From positions 1-17,156 of the forward strand of contig JBMFSH010000005.1 in assembly GCA_049967655.1 (NCBI GenBank): a DNA stretch of 17,156 nucleotides. The letters run 5' to 3'. Source of the DNA: Acidobacteriota bacterium. GTDB taxonomy: Bacteria; Acidobacteriota; UBA4820; DSQY01. Shown in pieces: positions 8,189-17,156 of the stretch. A program made the translations under genes and the position numbers. Below the pieces are notes generated by a model, which searched no databases, was not told the DNA's origin, and was given only the letters and a program-made list of their open reading frames with translations. Within the stretch, counting starts at the first letter, position 1. Every line of letters begins with the position of its first letter.

Positions 8189-8594
8189 GCCCGGCGGTCT
8201 CTGGATCCATCCCCACCGCGCTGACGCGCCTTCTGGGGATCCCATCCCCTTCGTTGGCGCGCCCATGTTCCTGGTGAGCACGCCCCGGCTAGTGGCGGAC
8301 GTCTCCGAGGCCGGGGGGCTGGGAGCTATACCGAGCCTCAACTACCGGAAGGGGGAAGATCTCCGCGCGGCCCTTCGTGAAATCAGGGGGCTCACGGCGG
8401 CCCCTTACGCGGTCAGCATCTCGCGGGCCATGAGGGGCTCCGCGCAGGGCGGCGGCAAGGCCTGGAAAGATATCTGGAACGCCGGCCAGAGGGTGGGGCT
8501 CATTGGAGAGGTGAAACCCGCCGGCGCCATCGTCCGGGATATGGTCGCCGAATACGAAACGGCCCTCGGCGAGCTACCGCGGCGCGTTCCCTGA
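8185..8594 (+). pseudogene. Nitronate monooxygenase / FabK-like flavoenzyme remnant (frameshift plus large internal deletion)
   Basis: ATG 8185 (ATGA overlap) reads MSPAVSGSIPTALTRLLGIP, then shifts frame near 8242 into IPFVGAPMFLVSTPRLVADVSEAGGLG. Near 8420 the N-terminal part joins almost directly to the family C-terminal motif WKDIWNAGQRVGLIGEVKPA. Confidence 0.85.
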
Positions 8595-9404
8595 CGTAGA
8601 GAGGCCCTCCTCGGAGAGGAAGGCCTGGAGGGTATCGGCCACGGCCCGCGGACGCTCGACGGGAGCCATGTGGCCGCAGCGCGGCAGGACGGCGAGGCGC
8701 GAGGAGGGGAGGCGCTCGTGGGCGTAGCGGCACTCCTCCAGGAAGGGGTCCTCCTCGCCCGCCAGAAAGAGGATCGGCATGGTGAGCCGGGAAGCGCCCG
8801 CTTCGGTGTCGCAGCTTCGCTTGGGTGCTTCGGAGAGCAGGTCCGCCGCGGCATACCCCTCCATGGCCAAGCGCAGGTGCCGCAGCCCCTCAGGCGAGGC
8901 GCGCAGCGTGCCGAACAGCCGGGCGCGGCCCAGGTTCCGGACGGCGGCTTCGGGCCCCTCTTCCCTGGCGGTCTTGGCGGCTTTGGCCACCCACTGTGCG
9001 GCGATGGGGCGAAAGCTGGCTCCCGAGCCCTCCGGGTGGGGCTCCGCGGAGCCGATGGCCGCCACCGAAAAGACGCGCTCGGGCCACTTCATGGCGAAGA
9101 TGAGCGCGATTCTGGCCCCTTTGGAGTGGCCCACGAGGTGGGCCTCCGCGATACCGAGGTGATCGAGGAGGGCGGCCAGGTCTTCGGCGTCCGAGAGGCG
9201 GGAGTATTCCAGGTCCGGGTTAGAGGAGGACTGGCCGGCACCGCGCGGATCGTACCGGATGACCCGATAATGCGGCTCCAGGAAAGGCGCCATCTCATCC
9301 CAGAGATGGAGGTTCAGGGTCCATCCCGGAATGAGAACGAGCGGTGGTCCGGAACCAGCGATCCGGTAATGGATCTGGAGGGGGCCGAGATCGAGATGGG
9401 GCAT
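8574..9404 (-). CDS. Alpha/beta fold hydrolase
   Basis: GSGPPLVLIPGW, YDPRGAG, GHSKG nucleophile elbow, GEED acid and CGHM His. Confidence 0.9.
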   Translation of the reverse strand: MPHLDLGPLQIHYRIAGSGPPLVLIPGWTLNLHLWDEMAPFLEPHYRVIRYDPRGAGQSSSNPDLEYSRLSDAEDLAALLDHLGIAEAHLVGHSKGARIALIFAMKWPERVFSVAAIGSAEPHPEGSGASFRPIAAQWVAKAAKTAREEGPEAAVRNLGRARLFGTLRASPEGLRHLRLAMEGYAAADLLSEAPKRSCDTEAGASRLTMPILFLAGEEDPFLEECRYAHERLPSSRLAVLPRCGHMAPVERPRAVADTLQAFLSEEGLSTSGNAPR

Positions 9405-9525
9405 AGGACTACCCGAGAGGCTCTGTCACGGTCTAGGCATGACGGGAAGCCTCGGTGAAGGAGGACCTGGGCACGAGGAGAGGGAGCACTGCCGCGCCTC
9501 AGCTGGACGGCCGAGGATCAGCCCT

Positions 9526-9762
9526 TCAGAGCTCCTTGTGGTTGCCGTCGCAGAAGGGCTTGTGGCCCGAGTACTTGCATCCGCAGAGGGCCACCCTCTT
9601 GGGCTGGTCGAGGTGGAACTTGACGGGCTGGAATCCGGTCCCCTTATGGCTTCCGTCGCAAACGGGCTGTTTGCCGGAACGGCCGCAGGCGCACCAGTAG
9701 TAGTCTCCGGCCTCGAGATCCAATACGTAAGGGCTCTTTTGGGGGCTGAGAGGTTCTTGCAA
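9526..9762 (-). CDS. Double CDGSH [2Fe-2S] domain protein (MiNT/CISD3-like), about 78 aa
   Basis: Two motifs: WCACGRSGKQPVCDGSH and LCGCKYSGHKPFCDGNH. TTG start at 9762 lies 5 nt after GGAGG; ATG 9774 is an alternative. Confidence 0.92.
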   Translation of the reverse strand: MQEPLSPQKSPYVLDLEAGDYYWCACGRSGKQPVCDGSHKGTGFQPVKFHLDQPKRVALCGCKYSGHKPFCDGNHKEL

Positions 9763-9797
9763 GGCATCCTCCATGTTGACGAAAGGGGAAAGGGCGG

Positions 9798-10538
9798 CTA
9801 TCCCAGGGTCAGGAGCCGCCCGTAGGTGCGAAGCCAGTCGCGGTGAGCCTGGAAGTTTGGGCTGTGACGGGCCACCAGCTCCCAGAAGCGGCGCCCGTGG
9901 TTGGCGTGCCGCAAGTGGCAAAGCTCGTGTACGACGACGTAATCGAGCACGGCCGGCGGCGCCAGCAAAAGGCGCCAGTTGAAGGTGAGCGTGCCGAGGC
10001 CCGTGCAGGCGCCCCAGCGGGTTTTCTGGTCACGGACGGAGATCCGCTTCGGTTTGACGCCGATGGCCTCCGCCAGAGCCTGGACCCGCCGTGTGAACAC
10101 CTCCCTGGCCTTCTCGTGATAGAAGGCGGTGAGCACCTCTCCGACAGGGGCATCGCGGTCGCGGGGAACCCGCACGACCACGGAGTCCCTGTGAATCTCC
10201 ACGGAGGGGTTGACGCAGGCGCAGTTGCGCACGCGCAAAGGCAGAGCGCGGCCGCGATAGGAGACGGTGCGGCCCTCTCCCAGGGGGGGAGGGGCGCTCG
10301 CGAGGTGGTCGGCTCGCCGTTCGAGCCGGCCGAGGATCCAGTCGCGGTGCTTGCGGATCAGGTCCGGGGCCTGGCTCGTCTTGGCCCACTTGGGAAACAC
10401 GAGCACAAGGCCCTCCCTGTCCTCCACCTTGATCCAGATGCGGCGGGCCCTGTTGTTTCTTCGGATGGTATAGGTAAGCCTTTGCCCTGCGAGAGTTATA
10501 AGGCCCTTCATGGGACTCTGTCTACTCCCTTGTTTCAT
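9798..10538 (-). CDS. YgjP/DUF45 (M48/SprT-like) zinc-dependent metalloprotein
   Basis: RDQKTRWGAC, FNWRLLLAP, DYVVVHELCHLRHANHG and FW motifs. AGGAG upstream of ATG 10538. Confidence 0.9.
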   Translation of the reverse strand: MKQGSRQSPMKGLITLAGQRLTYTIRRNNRARRIWIKVEDREGLVLVFPKWAKTSQAPDLIRKHRDWILGRLERRADHLASAPPPLGEGRTVSYRGRALPLRVRNCACVNPSVEIHRDSVVVRVPRDRDAPVGEVLTAFYHEKAREVFTRRVQALAEAIGVKPKRISVRDQKTRWGACTGLGTLTFNWRLLLAPPAVLDYVVVHELCHLRHANHGRRFWELVARHSPNFQAHRDWLRTYGRLLTLG

Positions 10539-10601
10539 GGAGACGCTCCTGACGCCCCTAGCATGCACGAGGAGAAACGGAGATGCAAGGGGGCGCCAAG
10601 C

Positions 10602-10715
10602 CCCCAATTCCGCTCATCTCGTCCTGCTTAATTGCTTACTCGCTTAATGGCCATCGGGAAGTCGCCCTCAGGCGACGGCTCCCACATCGGCGGGAATGGC
10701 ATCGCGGAATTTGGG
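10602..10715. mobile_element. Complete 114-bp MITE with 12-bp imperfect TIRs and 5-bp target duplication CAAGC
   Basis: Left CCCCAATTCCGC (10602-10613) and right GCGGAATTTGGG (10704-10715) match 11/12. CAAGC occurs at 10597-10601 and 10716-10720. The right end is shared with both window-edge repeats. Confidence 0.82.
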
Positions 10716-10750
10716 CAAGCAGCCTGCATGCAGCTATAGCCAGGCCCGGC

Positions 10751-12043
10751 TCAGACGCCCTTTTCGGCCCAGAGGAGCGCCAGGTGGAGCCCCGTTTCCA
10801 CGGACTTGGCCATCCACTCCAGGCTTACCCACTCCTGGATGCCGTGGAAGTTGACCCCGCCGGCGAAGATGTTGGGCGTAGGCAGTCCCTTGAAGCAGAG
10901 CGCCGAGCCGTCCGTCCCGCCCCGGATATAGCTCCGGACCGGCTCGACGCCCGCACGGCGAACGGCCTCGATGGCCAGGTTCAGCACCTCCGGGTGCTGG
11001 TCCAGGACGACCTTCATGTTGCGGTAGGACTCCTGGATGAGCACCTCCACCTTGGCGCCCGGGAATGCCTCCTCGGCCTCGCGGGCGACGCGAAGGAGGT
11101 CCTCCTCGCGTGCGCGCAGCTCTTCGACGGTGAAGCCCCGGATGATGAAACGAAGGTTGGCCTTGCCGACCTCACCGTCGAACACGTAAGGATGGAGGTA
11201 GGGCTCGCGCTTTTCAGTGGTTTCGGGCAGGAACCCTTTGGGGAGGCGGCCTATGATCTCCGCCGCTACGCGGAGGGCGTTGACCATCCTGCCTTTGGCG
11301 ACCCCCGGGTGGATATCCTTGCCGGTGATGGTCAGGACGGCCGAATCGCCGCAGAAGGTCTCCTCCTCGATCTCTCCCAAGAGGGAGCCGTCGAAGGTGT
11401 AAGCCGCGTAGGCGCCGAAGCGCTTCACGTCGAAAAAGCGCGTTCCGTTGCCCGTCTCCTCGTCCGGGGTGAATCCGACTCGGATGGTCCCGTGAGGCAC
11501 TTCCGGATGCTTCAGAAACCAGTCGCACACGGTCATGATGACGGCGATGCCGGCCTTATCGTCCGCACCCAGAAGGGTGGTCCCGTCGGTGGTGACGAGG
11601 GTGTGGCCCGTGCAGCGGGCAAGATCCGGGTTTTCGGCGACGGTGAGGGTCAGCCCCGGGGCCGCCGGCAGGAGGATGTCCCGCCCGTCGTAAGCGGGGA
11701 TGACCTGCGGGTTAACGCCCGTGGCGTTGGTGCCGGGATAGGTATCCACGTGCGCCAGGTAGCCGATGACCTTGGCGTCGCGGCCGGGCGGGAGGGTGGA
11801 GGGCAGGGTCCCGAAGAGGTAGCCCTTCTCGTCCAGCTTGACCTCGGCGAGCCCCAACTCGCGCATCTCGCCCTCCAGGATTCGGAGCAGATTCCACTGC
11901 CCTTGAGTGGAAGGGAAACTCTCCGATGTCTCGCTGGAGCGGGTATCGATCCTCGCGTATCCAAGGAAGCGTTCCAGGAGTGCGCGCTTTTCTTCGGGGC
12001 CCAGGCTGATCGCGGTGCTACTGTTGGGTGACGAATCCGTCAT
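10751..12043 (-). CDS. pepT: Peptidase T (tripeptide aminopeptidase, M20B)
   Basis: AHVDT, TDGTTLLGADDKAG, FTPDEE, IHPG.AKGRMVNA, IRGGTDG and NFHG motifs. Confidence 0.96.
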   Translation of the reverse strand: MTDSSPNSSTAISLGPEEKRALLERFLGYARIDTRSSETSESFPSTQGQWNLLRILEGEMRELGLAEVKLDEKGYLFGTLPSTLPPGRDAKVIGYLAHVDTYPGTNATGVNPQVIPAYDGRDILLPAAPGLTLTVAENPDLARCTGHTLVTTDGTTLLGADDKAGIAVIMTVCDWFLKHPEVPHGTIRVGFTPDEETGNGTRFFDVKRFGAYAAYTFDGSLLGEIEEETFCGDSAVLTITGKDIHPGVAKGRMVNALRVAAEIIGRLPKGFLPETTEKREPYLHPYVFDGEVGKANLRFIIRGFTVEELRAREEDLLRVAREAEEAFPGAKVEVLIQESYRNMKVVLDQHPEVLNLAIEAVRRAGVEPVRSYIRGGTDGSALCFKGLPTPNIFAGGVNFHGIQEWVSLEWMAKSVETGLHLALLWAEKGV

Positions 12044-12121
12044 GGTCTAACCCCTTCAATATGGAGCCCCGACCCGGGGGCCGGGGCCCAATGGGAACCG
12101 CTTGGGGCGCTTACGCCCGCT

Positions 12122-13111
12122 TCATTTGTAGCTCTGCAGAACCTTCATGTAGTTGGCCCGCTCGAAGGCGGCGGGTTCTGGGCAGCGCTGCTGGCTCATG
12201 CTGCCCTGCATCTGGCGGATGGATTCGTAGTCGTGCTCCTCCATCCAGGACTCCATGCCTTTGAGGATCTCCGTGGCGCGACGGATGCCGTGCACGAGGA
12301 GGGCCGAGCAGAGCATGGTGGCACTGGCCCCGGCCATGAGCATCTTCAAGACGTCCTCCGTCCTGTAGATGCCGCTGGTGGCGGCCAGGTCGGCCTTGAT
12401 GCGCCCGTAGAGGATGGCGATCCATCGCAGGGGGAGCCGCATCTCGGAGGAGGAGGAGAGGACCAGATTGGGCGACACTTCCAGCTCCTCCAGGTCGATG
12501 TCGGGCTGGTAGAAGCGGTTGAAGAACACCAGCCCGTTGACACCCAGCGAGTCGATCTGGGCGGCCATGTTGGCCATGTTGCTGAAGTAGGGGCTCAACT
12601 TGACGGCGACGGGGATGGTGACGGCGGTGCGGACGGTGCGGACGTCATCAAGGTACATCTTTTCGACCTCGGAGCCCGGAATGGCGGGGTCGGTCGGCAC
12701 GTAGTAGATGTTCAACTCCAACGCGTCCGCTCCGGCCTGCTGGATCTTGCGGGCATAATCCATCCAGCCGCCCGAGGAGACCCCGTTGAGGCTCGCGATG
12801 ACGGGGATGGAGAGGGACCGCTTGGCCTTGCGGATGTGTTCTAGATACTCTTCGGGGCCCCGCGTGAATTCCGAGGTCTCGGGGAAGTAGGAGAGGGCCT
12901 CCGCGAAACTCTCCGTACCGTGGGTGAGGTAGTGATCCAAGGCACCCTCTTCTTGGCGGATCTGCTCCTCGAAGAGGGATTCCATGACGACCGCGGCCAA
13001 GCCGGCATCCTCCAGGTGCTTGAGCGTGTCCAGGTCTTTGGACAGGGGGCTCGCGGAGGCAACCAGCGGGTTCTTTAACTCCAAGCCGAGGTATCTGGTA
13101 GTCAGGTCCAT
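12122..13111 (-). CDS. Dihydroorotate dehydrogenase-like FMN protein (PFOR-associated DHOD_like subfamily)
   Basis: [51 protein letters not shown] and FERANY motifs. Starts 9 nt after the nifJ stop. Confidence 0.9.
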   Translation of the reverse strand: MDLTTRYLGLELKNPLVASASPLSKDLDTLKHLEDAGLAAVVMESLFEEQIRQEEGALDHYLTHGTESFAEALSYFPETSEFTRGPEEYLEHIRKAKRSLSIPVIASLNGVSSGGWMDYARKIQQAGADALELNIYYVPTDPAIPGSEVEKMYLDDVRTVRTAVTIPVAVKLSPYFSNMANMAAQIDSLGVNGLVFFNRFYQPDIDLEELEVSPNLVLSSSSEMRLPLRWIAILYGRIKADLAATSGIYRTEDVLKMLMAGASATMLCSALLVHGIRRATEILKGMESWMEEHDYESIRQMQGSMSQQRCPEPAAFERANYMKVLQSYK

Positions 13112-13120
13112 GATTTTCCC

Positions 13121-16702
<3,582 letters not shown>

Positions 16703-16847
16703 CAGGATCTCCGTTCCTTAAGGCTCCCGCGCTGTTGCCTGGTTCCGCGGCGCAGACCTCTCGCGCGGGCAGCCGACACCGGTTCAGTGGTTCCCTTCGC
16801 TCTCGGAATTGCCCGGCCGCAGGCCCTGGGCCCCGACCGAGGTTGAG

Positions 16848-16877
16848 ATTATAGAATTCTTGGCGCGATGGGCGCCA
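16848..16877 (-). promoter_or_regulatory. Putative nifJ promoter: consensus -10 with a palindrome over the -35 position
   Basis: TATAAT on the minus strand at 16853-16848 in otherwise GC-rich DNA. No consensus -35. Inverted repeat TGGCGC-N5-GCGCCA at 16861-16877. Confidence 0.5.
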
Positions 16878-17057
16878 GCGCCCGATGAAATTACGGCGGT
16901 CGGAGGGCCGGGTTTGGGGCATTTACCGCAGCGACCGCAGGAATGAGCCTTCGGGACTACCGCAAGTCCAGAAACGACCAAGCTCCCTATCGAGCCGCGA
17001 ACCTCCCCATCCGATCCTCCTCCCCCAACCCGGCCGTGAAGAGGCTCTTCATTCCGT

Positions 17058-17156
17058 CCCAAATTCCGCGATGGACACGCGGGTGCCTTCGGCTACGGCT
17101 CGGGTTCACGGGGGAAAGGCGTTGTCTCCTGGACGGGGAGGGCCATGGCCTTGCCG
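17058..17156 (-). mobile_element. Truncated MITE-like repeat (right window edge), inverted copy of 31-119
   Basis: Begins CCCAAATTCCGCGATG at 17058. 17058-17146 is the reverse complement of 31-119 at 86/89 identity, and the two copies diverge beyond that. Confidence 0.75.

Noticed and set aside
9763..9921. Long N-terminal extension of the CDGSH ORF (131-aa version)
   Set aside because: It overlaps the YgjP-like gene, and a good RBS with a TTG at 9762 gives a typical short protein.
12066..12118. GC-rich hairpins between the DHOD-like gene and pepT as a terminator
   Set aside because: Short stems are possible, but no U-tract follows on the minus strand.
16784..17062. 92-aa minus-strand ORF upstream of nifJ
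   Set aside because: It starts at a TTG inside the element's terminal repeat, runs across the candidate promoter and has no recognisable motif.

Overview
GC-rich bacterial chromosomal segment carrying mostly housekeeping and anaerobic-metabolism genes. In order: FabD/MdcH-like acyltransferase, DnaQ-like exonuclease and single-domain response regulator (+); agmatinase speB (-); TPR/cNMP-binding protein, def, fmt, rsmB (+); alpha/beta hydrolase and a decayed nitronate monooxygenase (+); then on the minus strand a second alpha/beta hydrolase, a CDGSH Fe-S protein, a YgjP/M48-like metalloprotein, pepT, a DHOD-like flavoprotein and pyruvate:ferredoxin oxidoreductase (nifJ). The most notable non-genic signal is a family of small non-autonomous elements sharing the end CATCGCGGAATTTGGG. 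One complete 114-bp copy (10602-10715) has 12-bp imperfect terminal inverted repeats and a 5-bp CAAGC direct repeat on both sides. Two truncated copies share 89 bp (86/89 identical) and bound the window in inverted orientation. No transposase, CRISPR array, tRNA or rRNA was seen, and I found no clear new multi-gene system. All calls come from motif reading only, without database searches.
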